Positions 28,401 to 42,361 of a stretch of 64,000 nucleotides of DNA are shown here, piece by piece; position 1 is the first letter of the stretch, and the number at the start of each line of letters is the position of its first letter. Under the pieces are notes generated by a model. That model saw nothing but the letters and a program-made list of their open reading frames with translations. It made no database searches and was not told the DNA's origin. The stretch is from Chrysomallon squamiferum. Its lineage: Eukaryota > Animalia > Mollusca. The translations under genes and the position numbers were made by a program. The stretch spans positions 10,912,001 to 10,976,000 of the forward strand of contig CM022677.1 of NCBI GenBank assembly GCA_012295275.1. Reading direction: 5' to 3'.

Positions 28401-30722
28401 AATAACTTAATGACTAGATACACAGGGGAAGCAATCTTTTGCAAAATATTTTTCTGTTAAACTGAGTTACAATTTCTTCTCAAGAAAAAAAATAATATAT
28501 ATATATATATATATATAGATAAAATTAATACTGAACACGTGAGAAGTTACACTTTACTTGAAGCACACAATTTAAGTTTGCAAAGCAAAGGACATTAAAA
28601 TTAAAATTCACAGAGATAAGCTAAGTTTTCTGTTTTGTAAAACGCGACGTAATTCACGTTTTATATATAAAACCTGCGACGTTTATTGATACTTAGTGAA
28701 AATAAATTGATGTTTTATTATGTTTTATCTCTATTTTGCATCATAAAAATACAATCTTACCTGAAGCTTTTAAAATATCAGATTAAACTAGCCCATCTCA
28801 AATACATATATAATGGTACATACTATTAATATCCAACATCCATTATATAAATTGTGCAGTCGGTATTAAAATTAAAATTATATTTATTTATTTATTTATT
28901 TATATATTTATTTATTTATTTCAATTAAAGATAATCAGTGTAAATAGAGGTATTCATAATATTTCAAGCTATTTTTGGATGGATCTCAGTTTATAAAGCA
29001 GAAATCTTGTTAATTTATAGAACGTTAATTCCGTCCAGCAATTTGTCCATAGAAAACTACACTGTACGTCAAAGTTTCGTGTTTCAGTAAATACTCAAAT
29101 ACGATTTGTATCATGACATGACTTTTGGAAGAATAAAACTGGACAGCAGAATTTTTACTGAAACACGTGTTATCCAGTACACGTCAGCTACACGTCTGCA
29201 CAGCCCGACTTGTCTTCACACGTTTCAACCAAACGTTTCTTTACAAAACACTCGCCGTTGTTTAGGACTAGAAGTACCACATTTCTTAAAATATTCTGGT
29301 TAAATGCTAACTCGCTATGTATCAGTTCTACAGCTACTGTTGAAAAAAGGGTACATAACTCTATATTATGCAGCATATTATGTTCTGTTTTTGATTTACG
29401 GTTTTAGAGATTTAGTTTTATCTGTAATAATAATGTGATTTTGTTTCTTGTATAATCTCTAATACAGTCAATAAAAAATGACGTTAATCCACAAGCGCGC
29501 GCTATAAGTCTCATTATCCACTGATCTTCTATAAAACAAAATATTTATCTTGCGCATTCTGCGTTAGTAAATTTAAGTAATGTGTCAAGTTATAAAATCT
29601 CATATTATTAATCTATCCTCTTCTCACCTTTCCAAGTATAATCATACATTGGTGATTAAAAAAAAATAAAAAATAAAACTCCAGAAGCCCATTTAATATG
29701 TTCAGTACACCCCTCTCACCTACATACTAAATTATAAAAAAAATGTTTTTATTATACGATGTAAATATTTATTTATTTATTTATTATTATTATTATTCTC
29801 AAATAATTGTCTCGCTCATTCTCTCTTTTTTTTAATGTTCTGTTTGTCAATAAAGAGGAAATGTAGATTGGGCTATTTATATTACATGTTTTATGTAACA
29901 GAGGCGTAAAGGTAATATTATATATTGAAAAATAGAGATATTGGTTTTTAATTAACAATATTAGATCATTTTATTTTGGATAATAAATAAATAATAAGCT
30001 TAATTTTTCATTAACAGGTATAACGTATCTAACAAGTTGAATCATGAATCAACGTTTATTCTGTTTGTGTTTTTGTTGTTGTTTCTTTTTTCTTTTTTTA
30101 TTAAGATAGTAGAATTGCAGTTGAGAGGTGAGAGGCTAGATTAAGATGAATTAACATCACCATGTTACTGATATTTGCAAGTGCATCTTTCTTAAGTGCA
30201 TCTACTAGAAAAGTCTAGAATATAGAGAAACATTAATAGACGTTTTTATTATTAAAAGTAAAGTGAAAAGGCGAGGATGCGCGAGATGAATCTTGTTTAT
30301 TATAACACAAGTTCTGTAAATATACTGCGCTATTACATCAATGTATCTATCTGTCTGTTATTTAACTATATACATAAACACCATCTCACTGATATGAACT
30401 TTCGTATATAAATATCCTCTAAGGCAAACACGTATACCAAGCTATTTCTTTTCTATGTGTGTGTGAATGTGTATGTGTGTGTGTCTATCTCTCTATCTGT
30501 TTATTTGTTGATAATTTTTCTTTATTTATAATGACGACTGTAATACTGACATAACGACATTAACGATAAAAACAACAACACTAATTGCAATAATACTACT
30601 TAAAATGATAAATATAATAGTAATTTGGTCCTCAAATTTGTTGGACTGATTATTGCTATATAATCATTGTTTACTACTAATAATAATTAGTCCTAATCAT
30701 AATACAAGTCACATTCAATAAA

Positions 30723-31195
30723 CTACACTCCTTGACAAACATCACACAAGAATGCAATATCTTTAAAGTCTGCACCAGCTGGGATTTCAAGATTTGCGCA
30801 AGAAACAAGACAATACCAATTTGGGCACCCGTCACATTCTATGAACTCCTCAGAATTTATTCCATCATCCATTCTGCCACAGAGTTCACATTTTTCTTGT
30901 GTATCTTCTACACAAGTGTCTTCTAGTTCAGACTCATCACCATCAACGTTTTCTCTGGCTGCATCCACCGGTTCTGCTGTAGCTTTCAAATTGAACTGCC
31001 GTTTTTGATTTGGTATCTTCAATTTTTTTTTGTAATTTTGCCTCTAAAACATTTGCTTTCTTTGCCTTTTCTTCCTCCTCCTTCTTCTTCTCTGCCAATT
31101 CTTCTTCATACCTCTTGACACTTTCTTCTTCTGTCAATTCCTCGGCAGACCTCATCCTTTTGATTGTATTGCCCCCAAGTAATGGAGTAAAATAA
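30723..31195 (-). pseudogene. Charged coil plus PHD-type zinc finger; probable C-terminal remnant of a pogo-like DDE transposase
   Basis: IKRMRSAEELTEEESVKRYEEELAEKKKEEEEKAKK, a frameshift, an acidic linker, then CELC..FIECDGCPNWYCLVSC..FLCDVC*. No DDE core is visible. Confidence 0.6.
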
Positions 31196-31880
31196 AAAGC
31201 ATATTTCTTGCCTAATTATCACATATTAATCAAGTTTCTTCAAGCTGAACTTAAAAACCGATTATATTTACCTGTTATAATTTATCACTAACCTTATGTC
31301 TATAGGACTAAAAATTAACACTCACTTTTGAAACTTCAAAATGCAGTATAGCGGCTGCAAGTCATAATATACCTCGGAGGCCAGAATTACCCCAAATTAG
31401 CTTTAAAAAAATAATTTGAATGAATCTAGTAAATTCAGTGAATGATCTATATTCAGGAGACTTGAATTATTTTATTTTATTTTTACATTTTTTTATCTTA
31501 CTCAACACTCAATCTTATTTGTATATTTACCAACGTGCGTGTTAAATAGAGTTGTTTCTCTTAGACCACGAACTTCTGAAATAAATTACTCCTCGCACTG
31601 GCGAGGTAACGGTAAATTAGATTTGTTGCTTTTAGATGAAAATAACTAATTCTGTATAGTGTTTTGGTTTATTTAACGTGATATTAGTATTTGATGAATT
31701 GCCATTTTATTTAATTTTATTTATTTATTTTATTTATTTATTTCATTTATTTTAGTTGTAAAAATAGTTAGGAAAGGCACAAGAGATCACAGTTTTTTAA
31801 TATGAACAACCATCTTTATCTTGTAAATCATAAAACGTTCAGAAAATAGACGTAAAATAATTGTATTTGGAAGTATAAAA

Positions 31881-31930
31881 ACTTCCGTGACCTCACGGAA
31901 CCTTCCGAGCGAAATCCAAGATGGCAGCAA
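31881..31930 (+). promoter_or_regulatory. Putative YY1/ETS-type core promoter (mirror copy at about 36014-36063)
   Basis: ACTTCCGTGA-CC-TCACGGAA dyad containing ETS-like TTCCG/CGGAA cores, followed by CAAGATGGCAGC (YY1-like). Confidence 0.4.
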
Positions 31931-33640
31931 CGAACGCCGATCAATATTTACACACGTTTAAACATGTAGACCTTTATAATGCAATAATTCTACATGGATC
32001 ATGAAAAGTAATTTGGAGAAGAAAGTCATATAACCAATGTCTTTTATACATAGATGGCTAATACTCTGTAGCAATTACTGAAAATGTGGTAACATTTCTT
32101 TTTTATTCTTTTTATTTTCTGACGTTGACGTAATATATCACTACGCACCCATTTCGTACTATTTTTTATTTTTTTTTCACTTTTTATTACGATATCGTCA
32201 GCCAAGACAAAATAAATACCAAAATTTAAAAAATAAGTAAATAAATAAAAGTAAAATAAAATAACTGAAATAAAATAAAGTAAAATAAAATAACTGAAAT
32301 AAAATAAAGTAAAATGAAATAAATAATTTTCACTGACGCTGGTTGGAGGGATGAATCTCTCCATATAGATATACACACATACATACATACATATATACAT
32401 ACACACACACGTGTATAGGAATAATAATGTATTTGTATGTTTAGAAGTTGATTAGCACGTATATGTATATAAAAGGATAAGTAACTACGTGTGTGTATGT
32501 GTGTGTGTGTGTGTGTGTAAAAAGGGTGGATAGATGGTAGATGATAACAGACAGGTAAGTTTATAGACAGAAGAAAGGTAGATAGATCACTAGAACTAGA
32601 TGCAAGGATGAATGAGAATATACCTGCACATCTGTAAGAAAGACTAACTCTGTTCCTTATGTATATGGCATAAATAGATAGATAAATAAATATATTTATA
32701 GATAGATAACTAGATAGAAAGAATGTATTTAAATACTTAAAAGGATGTAAATAGAGAGAGTGTATACGTACTGTGTGTGTGTGCGTGTGAGTGCAAGATA
32801 GACTGTGGCTATGTATAACTGAGAAGGTGAGATAGATTGATATAGAGATTGTTTAGACATCGCTTCAGAGATAGATTGATGTGTTAGGTAGACAATAATT
32901 AGGTACATATATAGATAGATATATACAGCTAACATAGATAAATTGATTTGTATGTGTGTGTGTGGATAAATATGTGTCAGAGAGAAGGGGCATACAAATG
33001 TGTGTCAGAGATAGTGTGTTTTTGTGGATTTTTTGAAAGAGTCAGATGATTGATAGAGAGATTAAATATAAATAAATACTTGAGCGAATATATTTATGTG
33101 TGTATATATATATGTGTGTTACAGAGGTAGAATATAGTATGGATGGACACACACAAACACATTCACATAGTGATATACAACATAAACAGATACACATACA
33201 TACATAGGTTAATAATAATGATTATTTGTATTTATGTTAGAGGATTGGTATATAACTGAATGTGTGAAATAAGAGAATGTTTATATGTGTATTAGATAGA
33301 TTATAGATAAATGGCTTTAGCCTGAGAGAGACTGATATGTAGGTGTGGTTCTACGTGTTTGTGTGTTAAGAGAGAGAACAGGTATTGCCCTCATTATGAA
33401 ACAGAAGTATGCCATGTGTGTATGATTTTTCAGAGAATGAGAGATGATTATATAAATAAATACAGATATACACAGACAGACAGAGAGAGGAGTGATGAAT
33501 AAATGATTAGCTAGACAGGTAATGGGCACATGTATATGAGTAAAAAATCATATTTCTTCATTAAAGTCTGTTTCTAATAACTATGTTAGAAAGAAGTGAG
33601 AGCAGGTGCGAGTTTAAAAGCACCGCAGGTTGACCAATAA

Positions 33641-33840
33641 NNNNNNNNNNNNNNNNNNNNNNNNNNNNNNNNNNNNNNNNNNNNNNNNNNNNNNNNNNNN
33701 NNNNNNNNNNNNNNNNNNNNNNNNNNNNNNNNNNNNNNNNNNNNNNNNNNNNNNNNNNNNNNNNNNNNNNNNNNNNNNNNNNNNNNNNNNNNNNNNNNNN
33801 NNNNNNNNNNNNNNNNNNNNNNNNNNNNNNNNNNNNNNNN
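33641..33840. other. Assembly gap (200 N)
   Basis: Run of 200 N. Confidence 1.
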
Positions 33841-34341
33841 AGAAAATATTATAGACACTTCTTATCTGATCATATTTACCTTCTAATCAGCAGATGAAGA
33901 CTATGCTTTCAGATTTCCAGATTAATGTCCTCTTCATAAACAATACTAGAAATCACTAGTCTCTCAATAACAATTTATTGGTACCTCCAGTCGTGCCTCC
34001 CTCCTAACTCCACATATTTGTCATCATAAAGATTATAGATCAAGCAAATTCCATTGATATATCACTCAATCCATGGGCCTACAATTTGGACCTTACGTGT
34101 TAACAATGTGATAAAGTCTGAAAAGTAATTGCTCATCTAATAAAAAACCTTTCAGTCCATCATTCCCTCTTTTTATCTTTTTATTATTTTCCCAATTCTT
34201 CCTTGCACCAAAACTTTCATCCATCTAACATTCCATCCATCCTTACTTACCTGCATGTTTCTATCTACCTATGAGTCTATCTATATATTTGTTTTATTTC
34301 ATCATCAATGTCTCTGGCTATTTGTCTATCTATCTGTCTCT

Positions 34342-37300
34342 TTATTGGTCAACCTGTGGTGTAGCTTAAACTCGCACCTGCTCACCTCTTTCTAACATAG
34401 TTATTAGAAACAGACTTTAATGAAGAAATATGATTTTTTTACTCATATGCATGTGCCCATTACCTGTCTAGCTAACCATTTATTCATCACTCTCCTCTCT
34501 CTGTCTGTCTGTGTATATCTGTATTTATTTATATAATCATCTCTCATTCTCTGAAAAATCATACACACATGGCATACTTCTGTTTCATAATGAGGGCAAT
34601 ACCTGTTCTCTCTCTTAACACACAAACACGTAGAACCACACCTACATATCAGTCTCTCTCAGGCTAGCCATTTATCTATAATCTATCTAACACACATATA
34701 AACATTCTCTTATTCACACATTCAGTTATATACCAATCCTCTAACATAAATACAAATAATCATTATTATGAACCTATGTATGTATGTATCTTTTTATGTT
34801 GTATATCACTATGTGAATGTGTTTGTGTGTGTGTCCATCGATACATCTATATCTACCCTCTGTAACACACACATATATATACACACATAAATATATTCGC
34901 TCAAGTATTTATTTATATTTAATCTCTCTATCAATCATCTGACTCTTTCAAAAATCCACAAAAACACACTATCTCTGACACACATTTGTATGCCCCTTCT
35001 CTCTGACACATATATTTATACACACACACACATACAAATCAGTTTATCTATGTTAGCTGTATATATCTATCTATATATGTACCTAATTATTGTCTACCTA
35101 ACACATCAATCTATCTCTGAAGCGATGTCTAAACAATCTCTATATCAATCTATCTCACCTTCTCAGTTATACATAGCCACAGTCTATCTTGCACTCACAC
35201 GCACACACACAGTACGTATACACTCTCTCTATTTACATCCTTTTTAAGTATTTAAATACATTCTTTCTATCTAGTTACCTATCTATAAATATATTTATTT
35301 ATCTATCTATTTATGCCATATACATAAGGAACAGAGTTAGTCTTTCTTACAGATGTGCAGGTATATTCTCATTCATCCTTGCATCTAGTTCTAGTAATCT
35401 ATCTACCTTTCTTCTGTCTATAAACTTACCTGTCTGTTATCATCTACCATCTATCCATCCTTTTTTACACACACACACACACACGTAGTTACTTATCCTT
35501 TTATATACATATACGTGCTAATCAACTTCTAAACATACAAATACATTATTATTCCTATACACGGTGTGTGTATGTATATATGTATGTATGTATGTGTGTA
35601 TATCTATATGGAGAGATCCATCTCTCCAACCAGCGTCAGTGAAAATTATTTATTTCATTTTACTTTATTTTATTTCAGTTATTTTATTTTACTTTTATTT
35701 ATTTACTTATTTTTTAAATTTTGGTATTTATTTTTTCTTGGCTGACGATATCGTAATAAAAAGTGAAAAAAAATAAAAAATAGTACGAAATGGGTGCGTA
35801 GTGATATATTACGTCAACGTCAGAAAATAAAAAAGAATAAAAAAAGAAATGTTACCACATTTTCAGTAATTGCTACAGAGTATTAGCCATCTATGTATAA
35901 AAGACATTGGTTATATGACTTTCTTCTCCAAATTACTTTTCATGATCCATGTAGAATTATTGCATTATAAAGGTCTACATGTTTAAACGTGTGTAAATAT
36001 TGATCGGCGTTCGTTGCTGCCATCTTGGATTTCGCTCGGAAGGTTCCGTGAGGTCACGGAAGTTTTTATACTTCCAAATACAATTATTTTACGTCTATTT
36101 TCTGAACGTTTTATGATTTACAAGATAAAGATGGTTGTTCATATTAAAAAACTGTGATCTCTTTTGCCTTTCCTAACTATTTTTACAACTAAAATAAATG
36201 AAATAAATAAATAAAATAAATAAATAAAATTAAATAAAATGGCAATTTTACAATAATTCATCAAATACTAATATCACGTTAAATAAACCAAAACACTATA
36301 CAGAATTGGTTATTTTCATCTAAAAGCAACAAATCTAATTTACCGTTACCTCGCCAGTGCGAGGAGTAATTTATTTCAGAAGTTCGTGGTCTAAGAGAAA
36401 CAACTCTATTTAACACGCACGTTGGTAAATATACAAATAAGACTGAGTGTTGAGTAAGATAAAAAAAAGTAAAAATAAAATAAAATAATTCAAGTCTCCT
36501 GAATATAGATCATTCACTGAATTTACTAGATTCATTCAAATTATTTTTTTAAAGCTAATTTGGGGTAATTCTGGCCTCCGAGGTATATTATGACTTGCAG
36601 CCGCTATACTGCATTTTGAGGTTTCAAAAGTGAGTGTTAATTTTTAGTCCTATAGACATAAGGTTAGTGATAAATTATAACAGGTAAATATAATCGGTTT
36701 TTAAGTTCAGCTTGAAGAAACTTGATTAATATGTGATAATTAGGCAAGAAATATGTTTTTTATTTTACTCCATTACTTGGGGCAATACAATCAAAAGGAT
36801 GAGGTCTGCCGAGGAATTGACAGAAGAAGAAAGTGTCAAGAGGTATGAAGAAGAATTGGCAGAGAAGAAGAAGGAGGAGGAAGAAAAGGCAAAGAAAGCA
36901 ACTTTTTAGTTGAACCGGTGGATGCAGCCAGAGAAAACGTTGATGGTGATGAGCCTGAACTAGAAGACAGAGATGTAGAAGATACACAAGAAAAATGTGA
37001 ACTCTGTGGCAGAATGGATGATGGAATAAATTCTGAGGAGTTCATAGAATGTGACGGGTGCCCAAATTGGTATTGTCTTGATTCTTGCGCAAATCTTGAA
37101 ATCCCAGCTGGTGCAGACTTTAAAGATATTGCATTCTTGTGTGATGTTTGTCAAGGAGTTTAGTTTAATGAATGTGACTTGTATTATGATTAGGACTAAT
37201 TATTATTAGTAGTAAACAATGATTATATAGCAATAATCAGTCCAACAAATTTGAGGACCAAATTACTATTATATTTATCATTTTAAGTAGTATTATTGCA

Positions 37301-40300
37301 ATTAGTGTTGTTTTTATCGTTAATGTCGTTATGTCAGTATTACAGTCGTCATTATAAATAAAGAAAAATTTTCAACAAATAAACAGATAGAGAGATAGAC
37401 ACACACACATACACAGTCACACACACATAGAAAAGAAATAGCTTGGTATACGTGTTTGCCTTAGAGGATATTTATATACGAAAGTTCGTATCAGTGAGAC
37501 GGTGTTTATGTATATAGTTAAATAACAGACAGATAGATACATTGATGTAATAGCGCAGTATATTTACAGAACTTGTGTTATAATAAACAAGATTCATCTC
37601 GCGCATCCTCGCCTTTTCACTTTACTTTTAATAATAAAAACGTCTATTAATGTTTCTCTATATTCTAGACTTTTCTAGTAGATGCACTTGCAAATATCAG
37701 TAACATGGTGATGTTAATTCATCTTAATCTAGCCTCTCACCTCTCAACTGCAATTCTACTATCTTAATAAAAAAAGAAAAAAGAAACAACAACAAAAACA
37801 CAAACAGAATAAACGTTGATTCATGATTCAACTTGTTAGATACGTTATACCTGTTAATGAAAAATTAAGCTTATTATTTATTATCCAAAATAAAATTATC
37901 TAATATTGTTAATTAAAAACCAATATCTCTATTTTTCAATACATAATATTACCTTTACGCCTCTGTTACATAAAACATGTAATATAAATAGCCCAATCTA
38001 CATTTCTGAATGTACACAGTGTTTTCGCAGTAAAATCAAACCTGTAATGTTTACTATAATGCTACAGTACACACATAAAACAACAACAACAACGACAACG
38101 ACAACGACAACAGCAATAGAAGAAAATAAAATTTTAATCTTTATTGATTTCTTTACTTCTCAATATCCATAAGACTTCAAACGTTAACATCATCGCTCCA
38201 GTCTGGATGTCAATATATTTTATGACGTAGCTATAGCTTCACACAGACAAGTATACTGGAGATATCCACTTTTCAATCCTCTTTTTTGACAAACAGAACA
38301 TTAAAAAAAAAAAGAGAGAATGAGCGAGACAATTATTTGAGAATAATAATAATAATAAATAAATAAATAAATATTTACATCGTATAATAAAAACATTTTT
38401 TTTATAATTTAGTATGTAGGTGAGAGGGGTGTACTGAACATATTAAATGGGCTTCTGGAGGTTTTTTTTTTTTTTTTTTTAATCTTGGAAAGGTGAGAAG
38501 AGGATAGATTAATAATATGAGATTTTATAACTTGACACATTACTTACATTTACTAACGCAGAATGCGCAAGATAAATATTTTGTTTTATAGAAGATCAGT
38601 GGATAATGAGACTTATAGCGCACGCTTGTGGATTAACGTCATTTTTTATTGACTGTATTAGAGATTATACAAGAAACAAAGTCACATTATTATTACAGAT
38701 AAAACTAAATCTCTAAAACCGTGAATCAAAAACAGAACATAATACGCTGCAGCGAAATATAGAGTTATGTACCCTTTTTTCAACAGTAGCTGTAGAACTG
38801 ATACATAGCGAGTTAGCATTTAACCAGAATATTTTAAGAAATGTGGTTCTTGTAGTCCTAAACAACGGCGAGTGTTTTGTGAAGAAACGTTTGGGTGAAA
38901 CTTGTGAAGACAAGTCTGGCTGTGCAGACGTGTAGCTGACGTGTACTGGATAACACGTGTTTCAGTAAAAATTCTGCTGTCCAGTTTTATTCTTCCAAAA
39001 GTATTTGAGTGTTTACTGAAACACGAAACTTTGACGTACAGTGTAGTTTTCTATGGACAAATTGCTGGACGGAATTAACGTTCTATAAATTAACAAGATT
39101 TCTGCTTTATAAACTGAGATCCATCCAAAAATAGCTTGAAATATTATGAATACCTCTATTTACACTGATTATCTTTAATTGAAATAAATAAATAAATATA
39201 TAAATAAATAAATAAATATAATTTTAATTTTAATACCGACTGCACAATTTATATAATGGATGTTGGATATTAATAGTATGTACCATTATATATGTATTTG
39301 AGATGGGCTAGTTTAATCTGATATTTTAAAAGCTTCAGGTAAGATTGTATTTTTATGATGCAAAATAGAGATAAAACATAATAAAACATCACATTATTTT
39401 CACAAAGTATCAATAAACGTCGCAGGTTTTATACATAAAATGTGAATTACGTCGCGTTTTAGAAAACAGAAAACTTAGCTAATCTGTGAATTTTAATTTT
39501 AATGTCGTTTGCTTTGCAAACTCAAATTTTGTCATTCAACTTCTCACGTGTTCAGTATTAATTTTATATATATATATATATATATTTTTTTTTTTCTTGA
39601 GAAGAAATAATAACTCAGTTTAACAGAAAAATATTTTGCAAAATATTGCTTCCCCTGTGTATCTAGTCATTAAGTTATTTATTTTTGAATTTGGAAGTTC
39701 ATCACTGAATGCCATTATAAAATAAAAGGTCAGATCCATATAAATGTGATATTTGATTAACAGCAGAACAGATTACATTACTTCACGTTAATACATAAAA
39801 CCAGCGACGTTTATATTATAAATTGATACTGAGTGAAAATAACGTGATGTTTTATAATATTTTCCTATATTTTGCTTATTAAAAAATACTGATAAATTCA
39901 CGTACATTTTATTCTACTAACAGTCATCAATGACAGACTTTTCATCCTCTGACAACTGATAGACCATTAACATTTGTAATAATAAAATATTCCAGTTTTA
40001 TGTTATTTTAGTCTTTAGAAATCTGCACTCTGTCTAAAATGGTATATCACGTTGTTCTCAGTGAATCATCCGGTTTTGACAGCGTGAACTGTATTTATTT
40101 TTATTGTTTATATTTTAATTATTTATCACATATTAATAGATACGTTATATTGTTTATAGTAATTTGATATTCCTGGAACGTATCTACACATTTACATTTA
40201 TTACTCATTATACAGCTATATACGACGTTTCGTTATCAGCGATTTTCTGTGGTGTGCAATGACGAGAACCCCACAAACAGAAGAAAGAAAGAAACTACAG

Positions 40301-42361
40301 CTGAAGGGAGATTACTCTCATATAATTTTTTATTTCGGGGGGATGCTGGATTTCTACTTTTATTTGCGGTATTTGTTATTTATGGTTTTTCTCAGTTAAA
40401 TGTAGATTCTAAGAATCATGAAGAGTTGATCTCTTTATATATACAGGTATAATATTTTTTTTTTTTTTTTTTTTTTTTTAATTCTTTATATACTTTGGAG
40501 TACATGTTTGTAATTTAGTTTGTAAAATGTTTCGACGTCTGCTTTATGGAAAGTTTTCAAGGGCAGATAACCGATAATGAATTATTAAACAATACGATGT
40601 AGAATCTTGTCACAAGACTCGAGTGTAATTTTTTTCTTCAGAAATTTTGCTGCATTTTTATTGATCACTCAACAGAGTAATCAGTTATATTTTGCTTTTC
40701 ATTTAAATTATTATATAATTTTATTTAGCAGCTATGTAATAGTATTTTCAAAAATATAATTATCTTTTAAACTATATAACTTATAACTATACAATGACAA
40801 GAAAAAAATAAAAATAAAAAATAAAAAGGAGATTAAAATCACTCGAAAATATCATTGATATGATTGATGTGAAGGAAGTAACGAATTTTTATCTGAATAA
40901 AATTTGCTTGGTATTTTTCCTTCATAATCTGTGGAAAATCTGTGGAAAATCTGTGGAAAATCATTTCAGTCATTTGGCAAACAGAATACTGAATATCTCA
41001 TACAGTTTCAAACCAGTATACACACGTTTTATATCAAAATGATGATTTCTAAAGCTCTACAGTATTATCCACAAAACTGTTATTTTTATTACAGTATTTT
41101 AAAGCATGATGCAGAAATTAACAAATTTTAATTAATTGCACTAAATAACTCAGATGTACCTCACTGTTTAATTATTAATTTCCCAATTTAAGTAGCTGTT
41201 AGTTCATTTATTTCGTTATGAAATTTGGCAGAGTATAAAGGAAACTATAAACTTGTCTGTCATTTCTCAGTTGTTCACATATCTAGAAACAAATATGAAA
41301 ATGCAGCTGAATATATATAATACATGATATTTTTTTTTTTTTTTTTAGAAAATAATAGCAAAACAGAAACACAACTGAGGAAAACCCTTTCAAGGAAGGA
41401 AATTAAGATTACAAAAATGAGTTGACCTTTGCAGCAGCAAAGAGACAGCTTTACATAAGATTTAGCTAAACTGATAAATGTCTTCCTTATATTTGAATAA
41501 TCTGCAAGTCTTTGAATGAATCAGTGTAAAAGAGAGAAAACAGATTTCAATATTGCCTAAAATACTACAATGCCTCCACTTAATTTCACAATAAAATGTT
41601 TTCTTTTTTCTTTTTTAGGAGATCTCACTGTGTTGAAGATATAAGTCAACATGACAAATTTCAGTTGTATCCAGTTTTAGTTCACGTTGTATCTTATACA
41701 TCAGTCAAACAATGTGGAAATATTCAGATTTTAGGAAAATAAATTTTGTTTCGTCTTCACTAAAGAAGATCATTTCTGCTTGTTCTCTCAGTCATGATGC
41801 TGTTCAGAGAATCCATTGTTACTTTAAATTCAAACTATAAAACTATGTAATTTATCTGTATTTTTGTAATAATGAATAACAGCTGAAGGCTTCTAGTTTC
41901 AAGATTTATATCTGATTATCTACAAAATTTCTGACACTGTTTATTTTTTATGTATATATAATTATTGTTCTCGAACAAGATAGCAGCCATCATGTGGCAA
42001 TTCTGTGTAAGATTCTTCGAACATCAAATAAAACTGTAAATCTGTAAAGATCGGCAATCATCCCGCAATCATTTCCGCAACTAATACACCAAAAAAAAAA
42101 AAAAAAAAAAAAAATGCAATGCAAATAAAACAAATAAAGGAATATAATAACCTTTATTAAAATATACGTACTAATTATAAATCGATGTGGTTCTTTTGTC
42201 AAATAAACGGTGTTGTTATTTCCGCCTCTCCTACCTTTTCTTTCTTCTTCTTAATTTATTTATGTTAAATAAAATCACAAAGTGTAGAACTCATTTTAAA
42301 CTGTGTATTCTGGGTAACGTGTTTCATATATGAAAACTGTGCGTTAAAACAACAAATAATC
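34342..42361 (+). repeat. Right arm of an approximately 8-kb inverted duplication
   Basis: Starts ttattggtcaacctg (mirror of 33626-33640) and ends gtgcgttaaaacaacaaataatc (mirror of about 25735-25757). It carries an extra approximately 270 bp at about 38006-38277. Confidence 0.95.
36760..37163 (+). pseudogene. Mirror copy of the PHD-finger transposase remnant
   Basis: Same peptide as 30723-31195 with an additional deletion near 36900. Confidence 0.6.

Larger units (their letters stand above)
25735..33640 (-). repeat. Left arm of an approximately 8-kb inverted duplication
   Basis: Reverse complement of 34342-42361. Mirrored ORFs include 27622-27825(-)/40249-40452(+), 30723-31022(-)/36918-37163(+) and 32729-32935(-)/34990-35247(+). 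Confidence 0.95.

Noticed and set aside
33586-33858. ORFs spanning the N run
   Set aside because: Gap artefacts.
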